The notes: generated by a model not told the origin, from the sequence alone. A stretch of 64,000 bases of DNA from Octopus sinensis (GCF_006345805.1 NC_043001.1:129704001-129768000), one strand, 5' to 3'. Counted from the stretch's first letter, positions 1 through 12,550 are shown. Numbers and translations are program-made.

Positions 1-399
1 TTGCCAGGATGTAAACAAACCAGCACTGGTTGCCGAGCATTGAGAGAAATACACAAAAATATATACATACTCATATATGGAAACCTAGGGAGTAGACATA
101 CAAATGTGCCCATCTTACTTATTTCCCTGTAGATTAACAAAAATTATGGACAAACTTATTATATTTTCAGTCCTTATTGGGGTCTCATCAGAGGTGCTTA
201 TATCACTTGACTAATCCCAGATAAACAAGTAGCCATTCTGTTTATATATATTTCAAATCTAGTAACTACAGAGAACTGGAGCTACAAATTTGCGTTATAT
301 TACTATTTAGAGCCCAGTGCATACAGTATTAAGGTATGATATAGTATATGCAAGCCTATATGTAATATATGGAAACCTATGTACAGGATTGGAGCTTTG

Positions 400-960
400 G
401 ATTCCAATGACATCCTCTACCTAAGGCACCTGCAAGCTCACACCAAAACACTGGAACCAAACCATTTATGAATTACTTTCCATAGACAATGCAGCCCTTG
501 TTGCTCACTCAGAGTTAGCCCTGCAACACATCGCTTCTTGCTTTGCTGAAGCTACCCAGCATTTTGACTTAAAAGTCAGTTTAAAGAAAAAAGAAGTCCT
601 CCAGCAAAAATACTACAGCAAGAATGTTGCATCCATTACATCACCATCGGAGACTGAAATAAAGACAGTCAACCAGTTCAGCTACCTGAGGTGCACCATC
701 TTGTCAGATGTGAAAATTGACAGGGAAGTTGATAACAGACTGGCCAAAACAAGCAGTGCATTCAGCACACTGAACAAAAGAGTCTGGAACAATAATCATT
801 TGAAGAAAGGGACCAAGATCAGTGTATACAGGGATATCATTCTGTCTACCCTTCTGTATGGCTCAGAGCTGTGGGTCATCTATCAGCACCACCAATAATA
901 CCTTGAGCAATTCCATTAGCACTGCTTTCTCATAATCTCCTGGAGATTATAATTTCTCAT
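400..960 (+). pseudogene. Decayed RTE-clade (BovB-like) LINE reverse transcriptase fragment, 5' part (RTE family 1)
   Basis: Broken translation gives ...DNAALVAHSELALQHIASCFAEATQHFDLKVSLKK...QFSYLRCTILSDVKIDREVDNRLAKTSSAFSTLNKRVWNNNHLKKGTKISVYRDIILSTLLYGSELW, matching RTE RT motifs (ADDAALVAH, F.YLG, LLYGSETW); frameshifts and stops present. Confidence 0.85.
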
Positions 961-969
961 AATATACTG

Positions 970-1272
970 TCGGTGGCACGTAAAAAGCACCATCCGAATC
1001 GTGGCCGAAGCCAGTGCTGCCTCGCCTGGCTCCAGTGCAGGTGGCACGTAAAATGCACCAATCCGACCGTGGCCGATGCCAGCCTCGCCTGGCTCCAGTG
1101 CAGGTGGCACGTAAAAAGCACCCACTACACTCACGGAGTGGTTGGCATTAGGAAGGGCATCCAGCTGTAGAAATATTGCCAGATAAGACTGGAGCCTGGT
1201 GCAGCCTTCTGGCTTCCCAGATCCCCGGTCGAACCGTCCAACCCATGCTAGCATGGAGAACGGACGTTAAAC

Positions 1273-1309
<37 letters not shown>
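970..1309 (+). mobile_element. 5'-truncated RTE family 2 3' UTR inserted into the older LINE
   Basis: Three GGTGGCACGTAAAAAGCACC-type units, the GGTTGGCATTAGGAAGGGCATCCAGCTGTAG motif and a CGGACGTTAAAC(GAT)n tail; flanked by ATACTG at 964-969 and 1310-1315 (candidate TSD). Confidence 0.85.
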
Positions 1310-1311
<2 letters not shown>

Positions 1312-1315
1312 ACTG

Positions 1316-1660
1316 GAGTGACCTTGTTGTTGTTGAAGTCCTAGATCAGGTGAAGAAACTCTGATGAAAACATAGCACCAAAGTAACTCTGCTGAAGACA
1401 CAGTTAGATGGAGTAGGACATCACAGAGATGGAGGATAACTGACTTTTCAAGATCATGCTGTATGATAAATTCTCCTCTGGTTACCATGGTAGTGGTAAC
1501 CAAAGAAGAGGTACATGGAAACCCTAAAGAAATCCCTCAATACCTATCACACTGATCACCACCAGGGGGCTGTTCTTGCCACTGACCATAAAGACTGACG
1601 TATCATTGTACACTGGTCAACAACTGCATTTAAAGACACCTACCACAATACTCAAGTATT
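1316..1660 (+). pseudogene. Continuation (C-terminal part) of the decayed RTE family 1 LINE
   Basis: Broken translation includes EVLDQ...MEDN.LFKIMLYDKFSSGYHGSGNQRR..ETLKKSL, matching the RTE C-terminal pattern (MED.RLPK.VLYGEL..G.R..G...KR..D.LKKSL). Confidence 0.7.
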
Positions 1661-1857
1661 GCACATCATAAGGGGTTGTATTTTGTGGAGAGAAGTGTTT
1701 CCAGTTCTTACAAATATACCCTCATCCAGGTAACTCAACCTAGACCTGTGTCCACATCCTCCTCTTCCACTACCACCAGTAGTTTTAGAAGCATTGCTCT
1801 AAACGACACATATCAGTAAGTTATATTTTGATTCCAAATACTTGAAAACATCTTAAT

Positions 1858-2290
1858 AGGAGCATGTATAGCTGTGTGGTTAAGAAACTCATTTTGCAAC
1901 CAAATGGTTCCAGGTTCACTCTTGCTGCATCACAAGTTGGGTTTCTTCTACTGTAAACCACAAGGCAACCATTGGTAAAGAGACGATTTGTGGATTATCG
2001 TATATGTTTATATATGAATGTGTGTGTTTGCATGTCTGTGATTGTTCCTCACCACTGCTTCACAACCTGTGTTGGTTTGTTTACATCCTTGTGCCTTAGC
2101 AGTTTGGCAAGAGAGAATTGATAGAATAAGTACCAAACTTTAAAAATTAAAAGCTAAGAAAAAAAACACCACAAAAAACAAACAAAAAAACAAAAGTTCT
2201 GGGCTCAATCTGTTTGACTTAAACCTTTCAAGGCAGTGGCCCAAGTATGGCTGTAGTCCAATGACTGAAACAAGTAAAATGTAAAAGTTA
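1858..2290 (+). mobile_element. Degraded SINE family A
   Basis: Degenerate A-box/B-box head, GTTGGTTTGTTTACATCC body and ATGACTGAAACAAGTAAAA tail. Confidence 0.7.
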
Positions 2291-2552
2291 CACTATATAA
2301 TGGCTCAACTGCAAAATGGATCAAAGAATGCTGTGTTACTTCCATCAGGTCTAGACATACAAAATATGCAGTAAAAAGAACAAGACTATTTTGTTTTTCT
2401 TTTTTATTTCCTCTTTGAAGAACTGATTTCACTGAAGAGGCTGTTGACTGCTTTCTAATAAATCATAAAAATAAATCAAAGTTACATGGCACTAACTGAA
2501 GCTGCTTCGTCTGTTTAATTAAAATCAAGTTCCTTTAACACACCTATATATA

Positions 2553-2593
<41 letters not shown>

Positions 2594-2740
2594 TGCACAT
2601 ACACATTCATCCATACATACATATATATATATATATACACACATACACATTCATCCATCCATACATATATATATATATATATTATATATATACACACATA
2701 CACATACACATTCATCCATACATACATATATATATATATA

Positions 2741-2951
2741 AAGTTAATCCAAACATGGAAGACACAAAGAGAAAGCACAAAAAACGCGAGGACGTGGAAC
2801 AAGTGTAGTATTATTGAACGCTCAGGAAAGGAAAGAAATAAGGAGGATTTAATGTTTCGAGTGGAGCTCTTCATCAGAAACATAGGAAAAGGAAAGATCC
2901 AAGGAAGGGAAGACGGAGGAAAAAAAATCGCCAACGATACACGTGCAGTCA
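2741..2951 (-). mobile_element. Short (TA)n-adjacent Penelope-like element with hammerhead-like motif (copy 1)
   Basis: Homologous to 10515-10722; minus strand reads UUU-CUGAUGA-A-GAG-CUCCA-CUC-GAAAC-AUU-AAAU (core at 2871-2877, GAAAC at 2854-2858). Confidence 0.6.
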
Positions 2952-3069
2952 TACATATATATATATGTGTGTGTTTGTGTGTGTATGAAATAAATATCAC
3001 CAAATGGATTTCGTTTATAAGTCTCAGCTTAAAGGTTGTGGCCATGTTAGAGCACCGATTCCAGTAACT

Positions 3070-3185
3070 TTGCCTTTCATCCTTTCAGAGTCGATAAATT
3101 AAGTACCAGTGAAACACTGGGGTTGATGTAATTGACTAGTCTCTTCCCCCAACATTCATACCTTGCACCTATATTAGAAAGGATT
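3070..3185 (+). mobile_element. SINE fragment with the family B central domain and a different tail
   Basis: ACTTTGCCTTTCATCCTTTCAGAGTCGATAAATTAAGTACCAG as in family B, followed by CTCTTCCCCCAACATT...TTAGAAAGGATTATT instead of the family B tail. Confidence 0.6.
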
Positions 3186-3217
3186 ATTATTGTTATTATT
3201 ATTATTATATATATATA

Positions 3218-3465
3218 AGGGTGCACGGCCTAGTAGTTAGGGTGGTTGCATTAATGATCACAAGATTGTGGTTTCAATCCCTAGACCAGGTGGTGTATTC
3301 TGTATTTGAGCAAAACACTTCATCTCATGCTGCTATGTAATCACTTTGACATCTGACACATGATACACTGTACACTTTTTCACACAATGTTGATTTAATG
3401 AGGAGAGTGAGCTAATGTACTATAAACAAATCGTTTGTGCAGATCATTCAGCAAAAGCTGAACAT
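3218..3465 (+). mobile_element. Degraded tRNA-headed SINE (family D-like)
   Basis: GGCCTAGTAGTTAGGG A-box-like, GGTTTCAATCCC B-box-like, TTGAGCAAAACACTTCAT CORE-like segment. Confidence 0.55.
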
Positions 3466-4167
3466 TCATATGTCTCTGAATGTTTTCTATCAAATGTTTG
3501 TAGAACACATGAGCCATATTTCAATTTAGACTGTTCATATATCTGGACCCCCCATGTATGCCATGACTAGATTGGTGTAGGTCGGAGTAACTTTTGTCAC
3601 CATTGCAAAAATAAAGAAATGGAATATTTTGGAGTGGTCAACATTGTTGTGTTCTTGTCAAAAGATGACCTGTTCAGTTCTCACAGGTGGTACGATGTAC
3701 ACACACACTTACACACACAACCACACACACACACACACACCACATACATATCATCATTATTTTAATGTTCATTTTTCCATACATGCATGGGTCAGATGGG
3801 GTAGCATGCAGAGGCAGATTTTCTACAGCCAGATACCCTTCCTCTCATCAACTCTCACTTGTTTCCTTGGTTTTCTTAATATTTTTCTTGGCTGAATAGG
3901 TTTTTACAGAGGACTGGAAACAAATTACACTGCTTGAATGATAGTTTTACATGCAGATAACTATCACATGGTGCTAAGACAACGAAACACAAATACCAAC
4001 ACACACACACACACACACCATAAACTTCTTTCAGTTTCCATTGACCAAATCTACTCACATTGCTTTGGGCTTTGATCAACCCTGGATCTTAGAAGACACT
4101 TGCCCAAGGTGCCATCATGCAGCGAGATTGAACTTAAAGTTACAGATTAGGTTTTATGAGGCACAGA

Positions 4168-4310
4168 GGCGTTAGGAAGGGCATCCAGCTGTAGAAACTC
4201 TGCCAGATCAGATTGGAGTTTGGTGCAGCCATCTGGTTCGCCAGACCTTAGTCAAATCGTCCAACCCATGCTAGCATGGAAAGCGGACGTTAAGCAATGA
4301 TGATGATGAT
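4168..4310 (+). mobile_element. RTE family 2 extreme 3' end
   Basis: GCGTTAGGAAGGGCATCCAGCTGTAGAAAC...CCAACCCATGCTAGCATGGAAAGCGGACGTT plus (GAT)n. Confidence 0.85.
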
Positions 4311-4789
4311 GAGGAGGAGAGAGAAGTAGAAGCAGAGAGATAGAAGAATTAAGGAGGGGGAAGAGAAGAGAGAGAAGTAGAAGCAGAGGGACAGAAGAAT
4401 TAAGGAGGGGCGAGAAAAATATGACAAGGACACAGTGGGAAGTGAACTGCCTAACTACACAGCATGCCTGTACCTGTATAAACAATAAATACACACAGGC
4501 AAAACGACTAATTCCTTGTTGTGCTATTTATTATTAAGTCTTCTGACACCAAACTACCAGGGATCACCTCTGATCTTACGATACACAACTTCTTGTTTTA
4601 AACCACCACATTCAAATTAGAACCTTTATCATAATTTTATGCAAGAGTCCTTCGATAGACACACAAATATTTCTGAAATGGAATGAAACATATAATCTGT
4701 GTGCTTCATTAGAAATATGGTCAGAAAATGAGTAATTATAGGTTTGCAATTACCAGCTGCAGTATTAGTACTTACAGCACTAGCAGCAG

Positions 4790-5000
4790 CCATAGTACTG
4801 CCACCAGTAGTGGTGGTGGGAGTTGTGGTGGTGGTAATAGTAGTAGAGGTAGTGGTGTTGGTGGTGGTAGTAGTAGTGGTGGTAGTTGTGGTGTTGGTGT
4901 TGGTAGTAGTGTCGGTCATAGTGGTAGTAGTAATAGTGGTGGTGGTGGTAGTAGTAGTAATAGTAGTGGTGGTGGTGGTAGCGGTAGTTGTTCTTGTTGC
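4790..5000. repeat. GGT/AGT low-complexity repeat
   Basis: Degenerate trinucleotide array; source of the poly-V/T/G ORFs in the track. Confidence 0.9.
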
Positions 5001-5234
5001 TGTGGCAGCAGAAGCAGCCGAAAGAAGTAATAACATTTGACAGCAATAACTCCAAATCAATGCAGTTATATAGGTTCATCTGTTCTCAGAATCTCTAAAT
5101 TCCTAAGTAGAAAGGTATAATCTATTAAGAATCAAAGTTAGAAATCGTTAACAAAGCCATCCATTCAAAACCAAACGAAAAAACTTGCATGCAGAACATG
5201 ATTTTTTCATCATTTTACAATGTGAATATATATA

Positions 5235-6200
5235 CAGGGTGTTCAGGCTAAATTTGTTAGTTTGTATTAAAGAAAAAGATGACACAACATTCTATCCAAA
5301 AATAAAAGAATTTTTAAAAAATCAAAAAGCATCAACTAGATTATGGCTGGGAGATAACAGTTTACTCAAAGTAGCCACCCTTAGCTTCCATCACAAAACG
5401 GCTCTGGAACTTGGTACATGCATTCCTCACTGTGTGCATGTGAAGATCTTCAAACACCTCCTTGATCTGCCCCCCCTCCCCAGCTCAGCCTTGGTGTTGC
5501 AGGCTGAGCAATTGGTATCTTTCTCAAACACATCCCACACATAGTAATCCCTGGCATTAGAATTGGGGGGGTATTAGGAAGCCAAAAATTAAAGGTGGTG
5601 GAGTTGTAGAAATTCTCCGACAACTTCTACTCTTTCCATAAGTAAGGCAAGGAACTGAATCCTGCCACCACACATATGGTCTTCCAGCAGTAACCCTTTC
5701 CAGCTTCACACAGACGTCTGAATTAAGCCTAAGGCCTTGTTCAAAGATATGGGCTGGTATGATGTTGACCTCACTGGAGACACACCCAAAGACCATCACA
5801 GTTTGGACGAACTTGGTTTTTCATAATGTCCATGTCACATCTTATAGCCTTTACAATGTACATAGATTATTGAATAGCAGTCGTGACATCTGGTGTGAAT
5901 CAACATGTTAGCAGTAACTCTTTGCCAATATTCAGATGCCATTGAGAATTCATAGAAGAAGTTTCGTGGGAATATGGAATTCACAAGCGGTCCCCAGGTG
6001 GTCGGCTTGCACTGATGGAACCGTGACTGGCTCGCCATCTCCAGTGAACTGGCGCAAGACTGCCGTGCGTGGGCTGCCATGGTTCGAGATGCCTCGAGGG
6101 TGGTAGAAGAAGCTGACTCAAGCCACCCAGGGTGAATTTCGCCACAAGTACAAGTAAGTAATATTCAGATGGGTTCCAGTCTTCCATTTTATGACAAACT
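5235..6200 (-). mobile_element. Decayed Tc1/mariner transposon of maT (DD37D)-like type
   Basis: TA|CAGGGTG terminus at 5233-5241; broken translation VMVFGCVSSE.NI.P.HIFEQGLRLNSD...RVTAGRPYVW.QDS.PC...; N-terminus MEDWNPSEY at 6187; second TIR not found. Confidence 0.8.
5939..6159 (+). mobile_element. 5'-truncated RTE family 3 LINE inserted in the transposase, 12-bp TSD
   Basis: Translation ...SELAQDCRAWAAMVRDASRVVEEADSSHPG* followed by a CAAGTACAAGTAAGT tail; AATATTCAGATG repeated at 5927-5938 and 6160-6171. Confidence 0.8.
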
Positions 6201-6468
6201 TCTTCTCAACTACTGACTATTCATCAATACATAAAAGTCCCTGAAAAAATATTCTAATTTTGAAGAGTAGATGAGCCTAATGGGGGTAGTTAGAAGTGAA
6301 GTCTGATTTATGGATCTTAAGAAAGAGGTGGGGGTTGTGGGGGTCTAGAGGCTCAATTCTATTATGAATCTTGAGACTGGTAACTAAAGAATGTGCTTGA
6401 TCCTTAATGGTATCTAGCTTTGCCTTCTTATAGTTCTTAAACAACTCCTACATATAAAGTTATAATTA

Positions 6469-6870
6469 ACTAGCAGTATCGCCCGGCGTTGCTCGGGTTT
6501 GTAAGGGAAATAACTATATAAGCATTTTTAGAGTTATAGCCAAAACATAGCAAAAAAATGCATTAAAAATGGAAAAAAAATGATGGTAAATTCTTTTTTA
6601 AATCGTTGACTCATCGTAGACATTTTTAGAGATTTACTTCCCTTATATAATAGCGAAAAAATGCATTAAAATGGAAAAAAATTATGGTAAATTATTTTTA
6701 AAATCGTAGACTCATCGTAGATGCGCGCTAATACCCAGAAGGGCTCGATATGAATCACGACTATAAGATACCTGGTTTTGGTTAAACTGCACCGCAAAAT
6801 GTGGGAGTAGTTAGGAATCTAAATCGTAGGAGACAGACACTCACACAACCTTACTTTTATATATAAAGAT
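6469..6870 (+). mobile_element. Non-autonomous Helitron/Helentron-like element (copy 1)
   Basis: Starts ACTAGCAGTATCGCCCGGCGTTGCTCGGG (hairpin CCCG..CGGG), has an internal ~105-bp duplication, ends GACAGAC..CTTACTTTTATATATAAAGAT; near-identical to 26417-26812; no TSD or TIR. Confidence 0.65.
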
Positions 6871-7081
6871 ACTGGGGTCCATAATATTAATGTTTTTCAG
6901 ATCTGTCTGATATTACATCTAGCTGGTCTGAATGTTACACATTTTGCAAAAATAAATAAATTTGAACTAAAATATATATTGACTGACTCAGATTGCTTTA
7001 CAGAAGGCTAAAAAAAAATGTTATTGCAAGTCATAAATTTTTGGGTATTTTTCTCCTTATTTTTGGCATTTAAATTATATA

Positions 7082-7482
7082 GGCGCAGGAGTGGCTGTGT
7101 GGTAAGTAGCTTGCTAACCAACCACATGGTTCCAGGTTCTGTTCCTCTGCGTGGCATTTTGGGCAAGTGTCTTCTGCTATAGCCCCGGGCCGACCAATGC
7201 CTTGTGAGTGGATTTGGTAGACGGAAACTGAAAGAAGCCTGTCGTATATATGTATATATATGTATATGTGTGTATGTGTGTGTGTTTGTCCCCCTAGCAT
7301 TGCTTGACAACCGATGCTGGTGTGTTTACATCCCCGTCACTTAGTGGTTCGGCAAAAGAGACCAATAGAATAAGTACTGGGCTTACAATGAATAAGTCCC
7401 GGGGTCGATTTGCTTGACTAAAGGCGGTGCTCCAGCATGGCCGCAGTCAAATGACTGAAACACGTAAAAGAGTAAAAGAGTA
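7082..7482 (+). mobile_element. Full-length SINE family A (tRNA-derived)
   Basis: GGCGCAGGAGTGGCTGTGTGGT A-box, GGTTC B-box, TTGGGCAAGTGTCTTCT body, internal TA/TG microsatellite, (GAGTAAAA)n tail. Confidence 0.9.
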
Positions 7483-8071
7483 TAGGGAATTTTATACTTG
7501 CTTAATGAGATTTTTGATATTAGAGAAATATTTTCCATTATTAATTTAGAAATTGTTGTATAATTCTGGTCAAGCTTCTGTAAAATGTAGGTAATTATCC
7601 GAACAAATGTGAGACATATCTACTGGTCCAGCATGTCATGTACACCCTGTTTCTGCTTGTTTGAGAATTACAATGTAACCTGATAAGCTAGTTTCCTTTC
7701 TAATTTTCTTTTATTTTCTTTTGTATGTGATGCAGTGTGGTAGTGTGCTGTGTGTATGTTACAGTAAAAGTGCAACCGACCTGCTGGAAACAAGTCAAAT
7801 TTTATTAAAAAAATAAAAAATGGCAGATGTCCGTGTTTGTTCAGTTAGCAAGAAATATCTGGTTTTGTTTCCGTTGGTGTAATATTTTCTTCTTCAAAAT
7901 TGTATTGTTTGCGAGCATATATTAAATATAGTGAAACTGTTAATGTGTCATTCAATCACCACTAGAAAAAAGTTTCTTCATCTTAAGGCAAATCAACATG
8001 ATGAGAGCATGGGGGATCCCTCTAACTCCCTAATTTCTGCACTATAGAAATAAAATTAGTTTTATGCTTAC

Positions 8072-8316
8072 TTTTTTACTCTCTTACTTGTTTCAGTCAT
8101 TTGACTGTGGCCATGCTGGAGCACTGCCTTTAGTCAACCAAATCGACCCTAGGACTTATTCTTTGTAAGCTTAGTACTTATTCTATTGGTCTCTTTTGCC
8201 AAACCACTAAGTTACGGAGATGTAAACACACCAGCATCGATTTTCAAGCAATGTTGGGAGGACAAACACAGACACACAACACACACACACACACACACAC
8301 ACACCACACACACACA

Positions 8317-8355
<39 letters not shown>

Positions 8356-8521
8356 ACACACATTCATACATATATATGAAGGGCTTCTTTCAGTTTCCGT
8401 CTACCAAATCCACTCTATAGGCTATAGTAGAAGACACTTGCCCAAGGTGTCACACAGTGGGACTGAACCTGGAACCAAGTGGTTCATTAGCAAGCTACTT
8501 ACCATGCAGCCACTCCTACGC
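8072..8521 (-). mobile_element. Full-length SINE family A
   Basis: Reverse complement of the family A consensus, with an expanded internal (CA)n. Confidence 0.9.
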
Positions 8522-9192
8522 TTAAAAAAAAAATGAAATATCACATTAAAAACTCCTACCTCAAACCACCCATATTTTTCTCTATATCCCATGGTGGTAG
8601 ATTTAACCTTTTAGCATTCAGATTAAAATCTTATTAAAGCTTATTTATTCACATTGTTTTGATTTAACCATGCATTATCTCATAGCTGTGAAATTTAGAC
8701 CAACATTGTAAAGTAGGTATGAGAGTCTGGATCTGGCCAGCTTAAACATAAATCAGGTAAAATATTTGGGCTTGATACCGACAGTTTGAATGCTAAAGGA
8801 TTAAACCGGGTGTTCTTAACTTGGTCAGTAGCAATTCCTTGGGGACATTTAAAGCCCAGTAAATGTCAAGGGGTACTATAGAGAGTGTGCTCTTAGAAAT
8901 TAAATACTTAAACCATGTACTTTACTTATATTTTAAATTCATTTTGAAAAGTCTTTGTCAGGTTTAGAGTATGAACAGGATATCATGTAATCAGTGAGCA
9001 GAAACATAAATTGCAATGTGCCAACAACCAATATTATTTCATTATAGAAGGCCTCTTTGGTAAGTTTTATAGAAATTTAACAGAGAGAGCACTGGTCTCT
9101 GTAAATATTTAAAAAGGGACACATTTAGAGTAGAATAACGTAAGAAATATAATAAACTGCTGAGAGAAATTAGATTCTACTTGATTAAATAT

Positions 9193-9246
<54 letters not shown>

Positions 9247-9273
9247 TGTGTGTGTGTGTGTGTGTGTGTGTGT

Positions 9274-9575
9274 GGAGGCACAATGGCCCAGTGGTTAGGG
9301 CAGCAGACTCGCGGTTGTAGGATCGCGGTTTCGGTTCCCAGACCGGGAGTTGTGAGTGTTTATTGAGCGAAAACACCACGAAGCTTCGGCAGTGGGTGGT
9401 GGCGATCCCTGCTGTACTCTTTCGCCGCAACTTTCTCTCACTCTTTCTTCTGTTGGCCTGCTCGCTTAGCCAGTGGGTTGGCGTCATTTGAAGGCTAAAA
9501 CAATGCGAAGTGCATTGTGACCAGCGATGTGTAGCAACATCTGATAGCCTGGTTGGTCACGGTGATCATGGTGAT
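9274..9575 (+). mobile_element. SINE family C, tail type 1
   Basis: GGAGGC.CAATGGCCCAGTGGTTAGGG tRNA head, then GGCCTGCTCGCTTAGCCAGTGG...GGTCACGGTGATCATGGTGAT tail; homologous to 49401-49706. Confidence 0.88.
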
Positions 9576-9839
9576 ATATATATGTATATGCAAATAAGAG
9601 AGGTGGGTATTTGTAAAACAGAATTTAATGTAAGGGAGTGGGAAAACCATGTGGCTGACATACCCCACATACAATTCTTCAGATTATGACAGATAAAGAA
9701 ACTAAAGTTTGTTTGTCTGTCTGTCTGTCTGCCTGCCTCTGTTTCTCTCATACATTCATCAACTTGTAAACTGGTTTCCATTTTGACTTACGTAAAAATG
9801 GTAGTTCCTACATGCATGTACACACACACACACAAATTC

Positions 9840-10004
9840 ATTCATACATACATACATACATACATACATACATACATACATACATACATACATACATACA
9901 TACATACATACATACATACATACATACATACATACATACATACATACATACATACATACATACATACATACATACATACATACATACATACATACATACA
10001 TACA

Positions 10005-10056
<52 letters not shown>

Positions 10057-10057
10057 G
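9840..10057. repeat. (CATA)n followed by (TA)n microsatellite
   Basis: About 190 bp of pure CATA units. Confidence 0.97.
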
Positions 10058-10169
10058 AAAGAATTTCCCAAAAAGCAAAAGACGAAGACAGGTGGTATAG
10101 ACATCAAATAGATGTATTAGTTTAACGCTAGGGAAGTGAAAAAGTCTTTAACATTTTAAGATATATGCT

Positions 10170-10332
10170 ACAGGCTTCTTTCAGTTTCCATCTACCAAAT
10201 CCATTCACAAAGCTTTGGTTGGCCTAAGGTTATAGTAGAAGACACTTGGCCAAAGTGCCACACAGTGGGACTGAACCCAGAACCATGTGGTTGGGAAGCA
10301 AGCATCTTAACACACAGCCATGCCTGTGCCTA
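10170..10332 (-). mobile_element. SINE family A 5' half
   Basis: GGCTTCTTTCAGTTTCC...AGAAGACACTTG.CCAA.GTGCC...ACACAGCCA. Confidence 0.85.
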
Positions 10333-10334
10333 TG

Positions 10335-10407
<73 letters not shown>

Positions 10408-10416
10408 ATATATATA

Positions 10417-10482
<66 letters not shown>

Positions 10483-10514
10483 TATATATATAATATATAT
10501 ATATTATATATATA

Positions 10515-10720
10515 GAGTTAATCCAAACATGAAAACACAAGGAGAAAACACAACAACGCGAGGACGTGGAACAAATATAGTATTATTGGACGCTCAGGAA
10601 GGAAGGGAAGAAGGATGGTCTAACGTTTCGAGCGGAGCTCTTCGTCGGAAACATAGAAGGAAAGATCCAGAGAAGGGAAGACAGAGGAAAAAAAATCGCC
10701 AACGGTACACACGTGGTCAC

Positions 10721-10722
<2 letters not shown>
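10515..10722 (-). mobile_element. Short (TA)n-flanked Penelope-like element with hammerhead-like motif (copy 2)
   Basis: Minus strand reads GUUU-CCGACGA-A-GAGC-UCC-GCUC-GAAAC-GUU-AGAC (10617-10652); embedded between (TA)n tracts. Confidence 0.6.
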
Positions 10723-10757
<35 letters not shown>

Positions 10758-11204
10758 TGGGTGTGTTTGTGTATGTGTGTTTATGTCTATACCCACCACA
10801 CACATACACAAATACACTGCTTGACAATCGGTGTTGGTTTGTTTATGTCCCCCATAACAACATTAGCAGTTCAACAAAAGAAGACTGATAAAATACGAAC
10901 CAGGCTTTAAAAACTAAGTACCGGGGGTTTGATGATTTGTTCGATAAAACCCTTCGAGGCAAGTGCCTGCCCCCCCTCCTCCCAGCACAGCTGCAGTCCA
11001 ATGACCTAAACAAGGAAAACGTAAATGATTCTAGTTTTAAGATCGGAGGGATAAGGAAAAGCTGAGGACCAGGTTTTTTTTTTCTCATTTACTTCCACTT
11101 TTTTTCCTATAAGCATGCTTTAACTGTGTGTCTGTGTGTTCACTCCACAGCAGAACATGCTGCCAATAATAAGAAGTAATGTGATTGACAGAACAGGAAA
11201 GAGG

Positions 11205-12545
11205 TGGTGGTGGTGGTAGTGATGATAGTGGTGGTGGAGGTGGTGCTGACGATGTCAGTGGTGGAGGTGGTGCTGACGATGGCGGTGATGAATATAGTGG
11301 TGGTGCTGGTGTTGGTGAGCTGGCAGAATTGTTAGCATGCCGGGCGAAATGCTTAGTGGTATTTCGTCTGCTACTACGTTCTGGGTTCAAATTCCGCCAA
11401 GGTCGACTTTGCCTTTCATCCTTTCGGGGTCGATTAAATAAGTACCAGTTACGCACTGGGGTTGATATAATTGACTTAATCCGTTTGTCTGTCCTTGTTT
11501 ATCCCCTCTGTGTTTAGCCCCTTGTGGGTAGTAAAGAAATAGGTAGTGGTAGTGATGATAGTGGTGGTGGAGGTGGTGCTGACGATGGTGGTGGTGGGGA
11601 TGAATATAGTGGTGGTGCGGGTGATGGTGATGGTGGTGGTGGTAGTGATGATAGTGGTGGTGGAGGTGGTGCTGACGATGGCGGTGGTGGGGGATGAATA
11701 TAGTGGTGGTGCTGGTGATGGTGGTAGTGGTAGTGATGTTAGTGGTGGTGGTGGTGCTGGTGGTAGTGGTAGTGATGATAGTGGTGGTGGTGGTGCTGGT
11801 GGTAGTGGTAGTGATGATAGTGGTGGTGGAGGTGGTGCTGACGATGGCGGTGGTGGGGGATGAATATAGTGGTGGTGCTGGTGATGGTGGTAGTGGTAGT
11901 GATGTTAGTGGTGGTGGTGGTGCTGGTGGTAGTGGTAGTGATGATAGTGGTGGTGAAGGTGGTGCTGACGATGGCGGTGGTGGGGGATGAATATAGTGAT
12001 GGTGCTGGTGCTGGTGGTAGTGGTAGTGATGATAGTGGTGGTTGAGGTGGTGCTGACGATGGCGGTGGTGGGGATGAATATAGTGGTGGTGCTGGTGATG
12101 GTGATGGTGGTGGTGGTAGTGATGATAGTGGTGGTGGAGGTGGTGCTGACGATGGCGGTGGTGGGGGATGAATATAGTGATGGTGCTGGTGCTGGTGGTA
12201 GTGGTAGTGATGATAGTGGTGGTTGAGGTGGTGCTGACGATGGCGGTGGTGGGGATGAATATAGTGGTGGTGCTGGTGCTGGTGGTAGTGGTAGTGATGA
12301 TAGTGGAGGTGGAGGTGGTGCTGACGATGGCGGTGGTGGGGATGAATATAGTGGTGGTGCTGAGATGGTGGTGGTGGTGGTGATGGTGGTGTCGTTGGTG
12401 ATGTCAGTGGTATTGGTGATGGTGTTAGTGCTAATACTATTAGTGAAGATGGTCATGAGAATGAAAGTATTGGAAGTGATGGTATATCGATGGTGGTAGT
12501 TGTGGTCATTGTAATGGTAGTGGTGGTGGTGGTGATGTCAGTGGT
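11205..12545. repeat. GGT-rich minisatellite with ~85-90-bp unit
   Basis: Repeated GATGAATATAGTGGTGGTGCTGGTG...GAGGTGGTGCTGACGATGGCGGTGGTGGG units. Confidence 0.92.
11314..11541 (+). mobile_element. SINE family B inserted in the minisatellite
   Basis: GAGCTGGCAGAA..GTTAGC head, GGGTTCAAATTCC B-box, GACTTTGCCTTTCATCCTTTCGGGGTCGA domain, GTAAAGAAATA tail followed by GGTA. Confidence 0.9.
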
Positions 12546-12550
12546 ATTGG

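Noticed and set aside
7082-7160. tRNA genes
   Set aside because: All tRNA-like segments are SINE heads (A/B boxes) joined to SINE bodies, without a complete cloverleaf
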